A stretch of 63,766 nucleotides of DNA, filler included, from Octopus bimaculoides (Eukaryota), in NCBI RefSeq assembly GCF_001194135.2. It is 7 parts of 7 records of this genome, joined end to end, with 100 filler letters (N's around TTAATTAATTAA, not from the genome) between each part and the next. Parts side by side here need not be neighbours in the genome. Positions count along the whole stretch, not along the records: positions 1 to 7,798 come from NC_068986.1; positions 7,899 to 14,228 come from NC_068988.1; 5 more parts are not named here. One strand, written 5' to 3'. The position numbers and the translations under genes were made by a program. Below, piece after piece: positions 1 through 10,789 of the stretch (its first letter is position 1; each line of letters starts with the position of its first letter). The notes beneath the pieces are model-generated. The model worked only from the letters and a program-made list of their open reading frames with translations, ran no database searches and was not told the origin of the DNA.

Positions 1-2638
1 GTGTACGAGGAGGCAGAGGGGGGAAAGGAAATCGGAGAGGCGGGAAAGGAAATCGGGGAGGCGGGAATTTATGAAAGAGCCTTTCCATTATGCTAGGGAG
101 ATTCTGGATTCAAGTTGTAAGATTGATCTCAACTGCTCGAGAGAGGATCTGAATGATCATCTTCACCGAACTTACTCATCGACTATGACAGGTGACTTTG
201 AAGAGTGGGAAGGTGCAATACGGCCTGATCCCCCTTCTCACCCTTCTGCCGACTCGACCCCGATGTTTAAGGAGTTGAAAGACATTTTGAGACGGACTAG
301 GAATGCATCAGCTCCTGGACAAAATGGGATACCATATAACATGTACAAAAGTTGCCCATGACTACTTCGCTTGATTTGGAGAATTATGGCCATTGTGTGG
401 AGGACCAGGAGAATTCCAATCCAATGGAGAGTGACTGAAGGAGTGTACATCCAGAAATCGGCAACTTCCAACGAGAAGATAACTGATTTCCGTCCGATTT
501 CTCTGCTCCATGTAGAAGCAAAGCTGTTCTTCGCTATCCATGCTAAGCGTCTTGAGAAGTATCTTTGTTTGAATGGCTTCTTGGACAGCACAGTGCAAAA
601 GGGAGGACATATCGACTCTCTGGGACATCATCAGAGATGCAAGATCTTGTCAAAAGAACCTTGTGTTGATTTGGCTTGACCTCGCCAACGAGGTTGGATC
701 CGTTCCTTATGTGGCAGTAAGTTTTGCTCTTCGGTGGTACCATGTGCCAGACACACTTGTGGAGCTCATTCATGCGTACTACATGGGACTTTATGCATGT
801 TTTTCGGTTAAAGCCTGGACATCTGAGTGGCAGAAACTTTCCATCAGAATATTCATGGGCTGTACTTTGTCGCCTATCCTATTTGTTACCACATTCAATC
901 TGCTGAACGAGTTTCTAAGCCAGCTTACCCCAAAACTATACTTTATGAGGAAGAGAGACACCCATATACCAGTACTGAAGGAATACATGGATGACACAGC
1001 CATTTGTACAGCTTCAGTAGCTTCTGCACAGCAGGGTCTTGATAAAGTAAACGAATTCATGACGTGGTCGCGCATGAGGATCAAACCAACAAAGTCTCGT
1101 TCCCTAGTTCTGGACCATGGTAAAGTTAGACAGGATGAGCCATTTCAAATAAACGGTCAAGCGATCCCAGGAGTACAAAACAACCCTGTCAAGTTCTTGG
1201 GGAGGGTTATCAATGGAGATCTAAATGACAAGCAGGCTCGTTTATCTCTCGAGATTTCCTTAGTAAGATGGATGAAACTGTTGGACAAATGTGTACTCAC
1301 TGGTGTCATGAAATGTTGGTGTTATAACCACCTGATTCTACCAAGGATCCAATGGCAGCTGATGATTGATGACAATGCACTTACCTATGTAGAACGCCTG
1401 GAGATGATTGTGTCTACGTTCCTTCGGAAGTGGCTGGCTGTGAGCAGAACCCTATCCAGTGTGGAACTCTATTGTAAGCAGGCCAAATAGCGACTGCCAT
1501 TGGAGGGCATGACCGAGCTTGTAAAGAAGACAGCAGTAAATAGTTTGCTGCAACTTAGGGCAAGCTCCGATAAAGTGATGCAAAAGAGTGAACCAGTTGT
1601 TCGTTGCGGGAGGAAGTGGAAACCAGTGGAAGCAGCAGAGAGGGCAGAGAGCAGACTAAGATTTGAGGACATGTCTAGGGGTCAATTTGCCGTGCAGGTC
1701 TTGGATCTTTGAAATTCCAGGTATCATGGAGCAAGATGTCCAACAAGGAGAGGTGATCGGAGCTGTGTAAAGCAGTTTCAGCAGAGCATGATGATTTATA
1801 TTACATTCGTGCAGTTCAGCTTGGGGTACAAGGCAGCTGGACATCATGGGAAAACATGAAAAATCACAACCTGAAATGGAGAACTCTACTTGACATGAGC
1901 CCGAAGCTGCTTCAATTTGTAATTGGTTCAACGTATGACACCGTAGCTTCCCCGAAGAATTTGAAGGGATGGAGACTCACACAAGGTGATGCACGTGACC
2001 TGTGTCAAGAGGAGCGATGCACCACAGCTCCTATTTTAGCCAGATGCCCCATCAGTCTCCAGCAAGGACGATATACTTGACAACACAACCGAGTACTGAG
2101 AATGTTACTCCAGGGTCTTCGGGAGAAGATATCGGAAGCAAACAGATGTCCAAAGAGAAGTGAAGATACGAAGATTCATTTCGTGCGGCATGGAGATGCT
2201 CTACCTTGTCGCCCCGCAAAGAGACGGTCAGGGCTTTTGACTTTAGTAGACGACTGGACAATCATGGCTGATTTAGACACGAAATTGATCTTCCCAGGAA
2301 AGATTGCCATCACGAAGCTTCGGCCAGACATATTAATCTTTTCTGAGCAGAGGAATACAATAGCACTGATTGAACTTACAGTTTGTGATGAAAGCAACAT
2401 GCAGACATCACATGAGAAGTAAATGAGGAAATATGAGGAACTACAACTGCCTTGTGATGATAACGGTTGGTCGACTTCGGTGTGGCCGGCAGAAGTGGGC
2501 TGTAGAGGTTTCGCATCGCAAGCCCTCCTTCCTTCGTTATACCAACTTGGTGCTTGTTGCTCTAAAGCAAAGGCACTAGAGAAGTTAGTATGTAGCGTTG
2601 CTGAAAGAGCTTCCTTTCATCTCTGGCTCTCAAGATAA
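1..2638 (+). mobile_element. Decayed non-LTR retrotransposon with restriction-like endonuclease (RLE), HERO/NeSL-like; RT, zinc knuckle and RLE split by frameshifts and stops
   Basis: RT motifs across frames: APGQNGIPY (71-361), FRPISLLHVEAKLF (371-679), WLDLANEVGSVP, GCTLSPILF and YMDD (573-1490). Knuckle remnant C..TAPILARC..GRYT*HNRVL (about 2000-2100). RLE motifs RPDILIFS, LIELTV and EVGCRGF (2102-2638). The element class is secure; the clade name comes from motif recall only. Confidence 0.92.
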
Positions 2639-4174
2639 CACAGAAAATCTATAATTAAATTTAATAATAAACTATGGATACGCAAGGACACTCCCGATGG
2701 TTTTGACGTGCTTATGGGAAGTTCTGACTCAGCACAAATAGCTGACTTGGTCTGCACGTACATTCTATATGAATTAGAAGACCAATTCCCAACCATTAGG
2801 GGTGGTCTATACCGGGACGACTGTTTACTTTATCTAAATAATACCACAAACCAAAAAATACAAAAAGTTAAAAATAGACTAGCCAGGTTCTTCCGTAGAA
2901 TGGGTTTTGGTATCATCTTTGAAGATGAAACCTCCATAGTCAATTTCCTTGATGTCACTCTAGACCTACACACCAAAACCTTTTTCCCCTTACTATAAAC
3001 CCTCCACTAACCTTAAGTATATTAGCCAGTTTAGTAATCATCCCAAAACGGTAACAAGAAATATAGTTAGGAACATCTTAGATTATCAAACCTATCCACA
3101 AATGAAAATATTTTCAACAATGAAGCTGACTTTTACAACTCTGCCTTATTAAAAGGCAGGATATAAAGAAAAAGTCAGATACATTAATTCTACTTACGAT
3201 CTTTCTACCTATGATAATAAAGATATTAAATTTGATAACGATAAATACAATGTTTGTCCTCATCATAAACCTATTGACAGTAACAAACAGTCAGACGTTT
3301 TTTTTACATTATAGGGGAGGTAACCGACAATTTAAACCCTTTTTTAATAATAATAAATTGAAGTTTTTTTAGAAATAATAATAGCACACATACAAAACCT
3401 GAATCTGATTAAAATATCTGGCTAATAATTCCATTTGGAAAACAGATTAAATCAAATCTGGTTTCCCAGTTCCGAAATGCTGTTAATAAGAATTTTCCAA
3501 GACATTCTCTCTACTTCCCAGTTATAAACACGCACAAGGTTAGATTAGGATTTTCAAACACTAAAAACATCTCGCAAATAATATCCACACACAATAGGAG
3601 ACTATTAAATTCATGAACGAGTACCAATAGCAATAACATTAATTCAGACAATACAAACCATTACCATTATAACAATAACAATACAAATAATAACCTAAGT
3701 AACAATAATTATAATATGAAATATAATAATAATAATTACCACAACAACATCATTATTTCGGAAGTTAATAGCAACAGAATTAGTTTTTTAAGTGATAATG
3801 CGAAACTCAAAAACACTATATATCAATGCAAGGTCAGCACTCCTACCAATGTGTCTTTTTACATTGGATCGTCCTCTTCGCCAATATCCATAAGAATATC
3901 AAACCATTATTCTTCTTTTAGAGATAGAAATAAACGCAATACCACGAGTCTTAGCAAATTAATTTGGGGACTTAAAGACAACATAAAATTTAACTTAGAC
4001 TGGCTAATTCTCTCCACATCTGTACCATACGAAAAAGGTAGCAAATTTTGCCCATTATGCAATACGGAACTGTTCTTCATTTTATTCTCGAAGAATAAAC
4101 TGGTGAACACATTCATCGAAAATGCATACAGATGTAAACATTGGCAACCCCATGTATTTTCTTCATATAGATAA
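2639..4174 (+). mobile_element. Decayed Penelope-like element (Naiad-type): 5'-truncated RT, thumb and C-terminal GIY-YIG endonuclease
   Basis: RKSIIKFNNKLWIRKDTPDGFDVLMGSSDSAQIADLV, GLYRDD and VNFLDVTLDL (2642-2990). After a frameshift: KPSTNLKYISQFSNHP, NIWLIIPFGKQIKSNL and RLGFSNTKNISQIISTHNRRLL. GIY-YIG: NTIYQCKV..FYIGSS..RISNHYSSF..SLSKLIW..FCPLCNTE..CKH (3716-4174). Confidence 0.88.
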
Positions 4175-5086
4175 ACCACACTAATTCATATAACGTAGAC
4201 GACTCACCTATTCATCTATTAGTTTCTCAAATAATTCAAGCAATACAAGTTAATTATACCTTTATATGTATAAAGGTATGGTTGACTTGTTTCGCTTGAT
4301 ATATGTTATCTAAACACTCTCCATCTTTTGAACCCAAATTAGGACACCCAGAACATCTATAAACATGAACTTAAACATTAATTTTCAGTTCAACTTAAAA
4401 TAAACATTACTTCCAACGATGTTCAATACGTTGTGCTCCAATAACCTTATGCCTTTGATTTTATTGCTCTTTCATACATCCATAGCATTCATTTGATGCT
4501 TTCACTTTCTTCAGCAAAGATAGGAGTTATTTATCCTGTTTAGGTTATTTATATTAGTGGCATTATTCTGCGTCTAAGAATTTTATTTGTCTTCTTTAAT
4601 TTCTGAAAGCAATCTCAGTTCATTTCTTTTTACGATTATCGTAAGATGAATTCAAAACATAAATATTTTCTTCTCTCTGCTTTATGACGTATAAAATACT
4701 GCACCACATAAAATTTTATTCTATCCATTGGAAAACCCTTATACCAACAAATATAGAACATGATTATCGGAGTAAACTTTGGTAATAATATTAACTTAGT
4801 TTATACAAGTAATTTTTACTCCTTTAACCCCCTTTTTTTTTGCCCCCTCTAATTTCCATCTAACCTAATAACACAATCTATCTCTTTAGATTAATAGACC
4901 ATCCATCACCTTTATAAATTGTCAATCACTTAATATCTTACTAGTTAATATAAGCATCATTTTCCTATACATATAACACAGCTTTAATATTCATCACCAC
5001 ACGACTACCGTGTGTATATGCATACAAATGTATGTATATGCACATGTATGTGTCTATGTATATGTATGTGTGTGTATATATGTGTG

Positions 5087-5142
<56 letters not shown>

Positions 5143-5174
5143 GGTTCAAAAAAACAAAAAAACAATAACAAAAA

Positions 5175-7062
5175 AACAAAGTGAGGACGTGATACGGATA
5201 GTGTTATTGGACGCTTGGGAAAGGAAGGAGAGAGAGCATGACGTTTCGGGCGGAGCCCTTCATTGGAAAGACAGAAAGTTCGGAGAATGGAAAAACGGAG
5301 GAAGAGGAAAATGGCACCGATGCCCACAAGGTTACATTGTGAAAGGACCAGAAGAGGAGGTGGTGGGGGAAAAGTTCTTTCTAAGACAGGAGAGTGAAAA
5401 AGGGAGGTGAATATCTGTGCGTGCGCGAGTGTGTGTGTGATAACAGAACGTGTGTGCGTATGTATGTGTGTGTGTGTGTGCATGGTTTGGTGGTTTATCT
5501 GTTAGTGTGTATGTGTGTTCGTGTGTGTGTTTGTGTAGGGTTGTAGGTGTTGGGTACGTGTGCGTATGTGTGTATTTTGTATGTGCGCGTGTGTGTGTAG
5601 GTTTTTGTGCGTGCGTGTGTGTTTGTGTGTATGAGTATGTTGTGTATATGTGCGTTGCTGTGTACGTGTGTGTGCGTGAGTTTGCTATTGTATGTGCGTG
5701 TGTTGTTTATGCCCATGTGTGTGATTGTTTGTGTGTCTGTGTGAGTGTGTTGTGTTGGTGAGAAGTGTGTGTGCGTGTGTATGTGTATGTGAGTGGGTGT
5801 ATGTGTATGTGGGTGTGTGCGTGTGTGTGTATGTGAGTGGGTGTATGTGTATGTGGGTGTGTGCGTGTGTGTGTATGTGTGGATGTGCGTGTGTGTGTGT
5901 GGGATTGTGATGTGTGTGGGGTTGTAAGTGTTAGGTATGGGTGCGTGTGTGTGTATGCGCGTGTGTGTTTATGTGTCTGTATGTGTGTCTGTGTGCGTGT
6001 GTGTGTATGTGTGTTTGTGTATGTGAGAGGTGTGTGTGCGTGTGTATGTGTATGTGTGTTTATGTGTGTGTGTGCGTATGTGTGTGAGAGCGTAAGGATG
6101 TGTGCCAGGTATGTGTGTTATTTTGTGTGTGCACTCCTGTGTGTGTGTGTGTGCATGCAGCTGTGTATGTACGTGTATGTAGGCGTGCGCGTATATATGG
6201 GTGTGTGTGTGTATAGGGCTGTGTAAGGTGTGTGTCTCTACCACTGTGCATGTGTGTGTGTATATATGTGCATTCGTCTATGTGTGTGTGAGGGCGCGCA
6301 TGTATGTTTGTCATGTGTGTGGGCGGTATATATGTAAGCTGTGTGGGAGGTGTGTGTTAGGTGTATGGGAGGTATGTGAGGTATGTGTGAATGGGGGTAT
6401 GTATGGGTTGTCAGGTGTGTGGGAGGTATGTGTGAGTGGGGGTATATATGGGTTATGTGTGCAAGGGTGTGTATGCTTGGGTGTGTGTGTGTGTATGTTT
6501 GCGTGATTGTTAGCGTGTGTGTGTATGCACAAGTGTGCATGTGTATGTGCGTTTGTATAAGTTTGTGGGCGAGTCTGAGCGTGTAAGTGCATGCATGTGT
6601 TGTGTGTGTGTGGTGTGTTGGGGGTAGGTGTGCTTACATGTGTGTGTATGGGTGCGTGTATTTTTTGTGTGTGGGTATGTGTGCATGTAGGAAAGGATGA
6701 AATAAATTGTGGAAAATTGTAGTGATTGTAATAAAAAAGTGAATAATGGATATAATGTAAAGTGGATGAGGGGGGTGGGGCAAAAAAAAATTTTTTTTTA
6801 AATAAAGAAAAGTGTTGCATTGTCGTAAATGGGAGAGTCATAAGGAGGAGGGGGCTGTGTTGAGTCCGAAGGGGAAAGATGATCTAAGGTTAAAAATATA
6901 GCGCTGTTCCAAGTGGAGTGGCTAGGGAGTGGACCCATGGTGCAGGGCAAGGCCAAAAATGGAGATGTTAGAGGGGGAGTGGTTGGCCAAGTGGAAATGA
7001 CGGGCGACAGGAGAGTCTGAACCTAGCCGAACGTCCCTTAGGTGTTCGGTGAAACGGTCGGC
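5175..7062 (-). mobile_element. 3' part of a Neptune-type Penelope-like element: GIY-YIG C-terminus, GT/CA-expanded 3' region and hammerhead-like terminus
   Basis: The minus strand of 6838-7062 translates ADRFTEHLRDVRLGSDSPVARHFHLANHSPSNISIFGLAL..LEQRYIFNLRSSFPFGLN. It is followed by a cryptic CA-rich tract and a terminal module containing GGGCTCCGCCC-GAAACGTC (5240-5266). Linking these parts into one element is an inference. Confidence 0.75.
5420..6680. repeat. About 1.25 kb cryptic (GT)n-rich low-complexity tract
   Basis: Continuous imperfect TG/TGTA/TGCG repeats, which produce the spurious VC/TH ORFs in the track. Confidence 0.95.
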
Positions 7063-7237
7063 NNNNNNNNNNNNNNNNNNNNNNNNNNNNNNNNNNNNNN
7101 NNNNNNNNNNNNNNNNNNNNNNNNNNNNNNNNNNNNNNNNNNNNNNNNNNNNNNNNNNNNNNCTTTGCTCGTCATCAGCCTGAAGTAGCTTGCCAGCTGG
7201 ATAGAGAGGCCTTCACAAACTTATGTAAATCATAGTG

Positions 7238-7278
<41 letters not shown>

Positions 7279-7619
7279 TACACAGACACACACATATATA
7301 TACATATACATACACGTGTGGACATACATACTCACATAAACTTGTATACACAATCATATGCACACATGTATATTTACACACACACACACACATACATCTA
7401 AATATGGACATATATTTTTTTTATAAAAAATACATCTACACAAATATGCTCCCATACTTATTCACAAGTACACTCATATATGAATATATAAATAAACCTA
7501 TTTGTAAATAAATATATCCCTGAAGAGAAGGTTACAATTTTAAAAATACAGATCCCTATGTATCACACAGGTTGTAATCCTTAGGAACATATGAAGGAAT
7601 AAAGTATGCAATTCATATA

Positions 7620-7798
7620 TCATCATCATCATCATCATCGTTTAACGTCCGCTTTCCATGCTAGCATGGGTTGGACGATTTGACTGAGGACTGGTGAAAC
7701 CGGATGGCAACACCAGGCTCCAGTCTGATTTGGCAGAGTTTCTACAGCTGGATGCCCTTCCTAACGCCAACCACTCAGAGAGTGTAGTGGGTGCTTTT
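7620..7798 (-). mobile_element. Short retroposon 3' end with (ATG)n tail; a related copy lies at about 40785-41117 (+)
   Basis: catcatcatcgtttaacgtccgctttccatgctagcatgggttggacg...gctggatgcccttcc matches the reverse complement of ggaagggcatccagc...gctagcatggaaggcggatgtgaaatgatgatg at 40980-41117. Confidence 0.75.
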
Positions 7799-7909
7799 NN
7801 NNNNNNNNNNNNNNNNNNNNNNNNNNNNNNNNNNNNNNNNNNTTAATTAATTAANNNNNNNNNNNNNNNNNNNNNNNNNNNNNNNNNNNNNNNNNNNNAT
7901 ATATGTATA

Positions 7910-8770
7910 TAGGCTATTTCAAAAAAACGTTTATCATTTCGCCGTCTAATAACTTTGCTAGTTCTTGTTCAAATGACTTCTAATTTTAACAGCATGTGTA
8001 GATACAGGTCAAAATTGTATGCTTAATGTTTGATATGTTTATATTTGCAGGTATAGAAATGGCATTCACTGGAAGAGAAAAAGCGTTTTGTGTGTTGGAG
8101 TATTCTGGAACACAGCTCGAACAAGACTGTGCAGCGTGTATTTATGAGAGAGATCTCTAAAAAGTCACTAACAGCAATGCAGATTTAGACATGGTACAAA
8201 AATTCAAAGAGGGGTGCTGTTTGTGCAGGGCAAAAGGATCTGGATGACCACTAACATCGGAAGAGACGGTCCAGCGGGTTCGCCAAAAACTCTTGTGAAG
8301 CCCAAAGAAGTCCATAAGAAGAGCAAGTCTGGAAAACCAGATTCTTCCAGCGACAGTTTGGCACGTCCTGAGGAAACGATTGCTAATGAAACTCTACAAG
8401 CTGCAACTCATTCGGGACATAACGGCAGATGACAAGCGAAAGCGCAAACAATTCTGTGTTAATATACAAGAGAAACATGAAGAAACCGAGTTCAAGGAAC
8501 GGCTTGTTTTCGGTGATGAGGCCACATTTCATACAAATGGCAAAGTCAATAAGCATAATGTTCGCATTTGAGGTGAAGAAAATCCCCATGCCACATTTGA
8601 GCATGAGAGGCACTCACCAAAAGTGAATGTGTTCTGCGCCACCTCCAAGAAACATCTTCATGGCCCGTTTTTGTGAAATCGTTCATGGAATACACATACC
8701 TTTGAATGTCTCGATCAAATTTGGAAGAATAAATCTTATGTTGCTCAACATTAAGCCTGTTTAATTTCAT
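7910..8770 (+). mobile_element. Decayed Tc1/mariner-superfamily transposon (maT/DD37D-like, DUF4817-type N-terminus)
   Basis: Across frameshifts: MAFTGREKAFCVLEY..NKTVQRVF..KFKEG..AKGSG*P..SPKKSIRRASLE..LRKRLLMKLYKLQL..FKERLVFGDEATFHTNGKVNKHNVRI*GEENPH..SPKVNVFC. The right end is lost near the gap at 8773. Confidence 0.85.
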
Positions 8771-8938
8771 TTNNNNNNNNNNNNNNNNNNNNNNNNNNNN
8801 NNNNNNNNNNNNNNNNATGTATATATATATATATATATAAGGTACAGTGTATATATAAATACATAAGAGGAATCCACTAATGGGATTCCTTACGCTAAAA
8901 AGAACTGCTAGGTTCTAGAACCACGAAATTAGGGATAC

Positions 8939-8987
<49 letters not shown>

Positions 8988-10129
8988 CATGCATACATGC
9001 ATAAATATGAATACCTATATATATACACACAACATACATACATGCATGCATACATATATACATACATGCATACATACATACATACATACATACATACATA
9101 CATACATACATACATACGTATGTATGTATGAAAATATATATAGTTGAAGCATTTTAAAAAAGAGCTCGATTAAAAACGAAATATGTTCATATTTGTATCT
9201 CTAAAATTATGTCAGGCATGAAGTTAATTGTATGCATATATCAAATTTATCATAATCACTCAAAAGCTTGTAATGTCCAGCATTCGTAGCAGTAAAACTG
9301 CTGGTGTGATGCCTTTGTCAACAGATAAAGATAAGAAGGTTTAAAAGATTACCAAAATGTAGGAATTAACTCCAGAAAGTAACGGCAGGCAAAGGAAAAT
9401 TCATGAATTCTTTTAAGTCTTATAAGTTACTTGCTTCAGTCATTGAACTGAGGACATGGTACCATGCTAGGATACCCCGTAACTTAGCGGTTCAGCAAAA
9501 AGTACAGATAGAATAAGTACTTGGCTTTAAAAGATCAATACTTGGGATCGTTTCATTCGATTAGAAATTTCTTCAAAGCGGTGCCCCAGCAAGGCCGCGG
9601 TCTAATTACTGAAACAAATATAAGATAAACGTCAGAAAGTCGGCGAGCTGGCAGATTCGTTAGCCAGCCGGACAAAATGTTTAGCGGCAATTGTTCGGCC
9701 TTTACGTTCTGAGTTCAAATGTGGCCTTTCATCATTTTAGGATCGATAAAATAAGCAGCATCTGAGAACTACGGTCGATATAATTGATTTAACCTCCCCT
9801 TAAAATTTCTGGCCTTGTGCCAAAATTTAGAAAATTATTCAATAGGCAGTTTATTTCAAATCTCCCCTAATGCAGACATATAAAATATCTTTGAACTACA
9901 CCGTTTTGACCAAATGAAAGCAAATATCACACTAATAGCTACGAATATGGATACATAATAATTGGTTATCCTCCCTTACCATGTTTTCAGTCTTCAGTTC
10001 TGGAAACTCTTCGCGCCAAAGAAAATACTAATTCATTTGAGTCATTGATATTTTCATGAAATTGTTTTTATCTCCTGAGGATTATTCAGTATACACGGAT
10101 CAGGAAAACTACGGTTCAATGTTTAATCG

Positions 10130-10161
<32 letters not shown>

Positions 10162-10210
10162 TGTATGTATGTATGTATGTATGTATGCATGTATGCATGT
10201 ATGCAATATA

Positions 10211-10329
<119 letters not shown>

Positions 10330-10546
10330 GGAGAATTCAGAAAAAAAAAACAGAAGACAAAGACAGGTGGTGTTGAAAACAAATAGATGTATTAGTATAA
10401 CGCTCGGGAATTGAAAAAGTCTTTAGCGTTTCGAGCCTACGCTCTTCCACAGAAAGGAACACAGAAAGAAACAAGGAGAGAAAAAAATGTGTGTAGTGGT
10501 CAGCGATCTATCATGGCGAACGTATGAATGTATGTATATATGTGCA

Positions 10547-10789
10547 GGCGCGTGGGTTAGTGGTTAAGGTGTCAGCATCATGATCGTAAGATTGTGGTTT
10601 CGATTCCTGGACCGGGCGACGCGTTGTGTCCTTGAGCAAAACACTTCATTTCACGTTGCTCCAGTTCACTCAGCTGGCAAAAATGAGTAACGTTGCGATG
10701 GACTGGCGTCCCATCCAGTTGGGGAACATATACGGCATTGAAACTGGGAAACCGTCCCACGAGCATGGCTAGGCTTTAAAAGGGCGCAT
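10547..10789 (+). mobile_element. tRNA-derived SINE, family C (other copies at about 12540-12720 +, 39224-39560 +, 35150-35305 -, 43000-43140 -, 61780-62026 -)
   Basis: A-box-like tagtggttaagg and B-box-like gtttcgattcc, followed by the shared core gttgtgtccttgagcaa..cacttcatttcacgttgctccagttcactcagctg..aaatgagt seen in several copies. Confidence 0.85.

Noticed and set aside
4275-4335. Minus-strand GGTT-CAAAAGA...GAAA-caag-TC-AACC
   Set aside because: Two core mismatches and no formable stem II.
4491-4520. Minus-strand CTGAAGA-aagt-GAAA-gca-TC downstream of the Naiad
   Set aside because: Only 4 nt for stem II and the stem I register fails; at best a deleted relic.
5450-6586. Long VC/TH/YI-rich ORFs here and throughout the track
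   Set aside because: They are translations of (GT)n, (CA)n and (TA)n microsatellites.
7843-7854. TTAATTAATTAA inside N gaps (also about 14273, 23859, 45790, 57494, 62637)
   Set aside because: An identical six-frame-stop linker centred in N runs is a scaffolding artefact, not biology.
10547-10620. tRNA-like A/B boxes (also at 20402, 39224, 49576)
   Set aside because: These are SINE heads continuing into shared repeat bodies; no complete cloverleaf, so they are not called tRNA genes.
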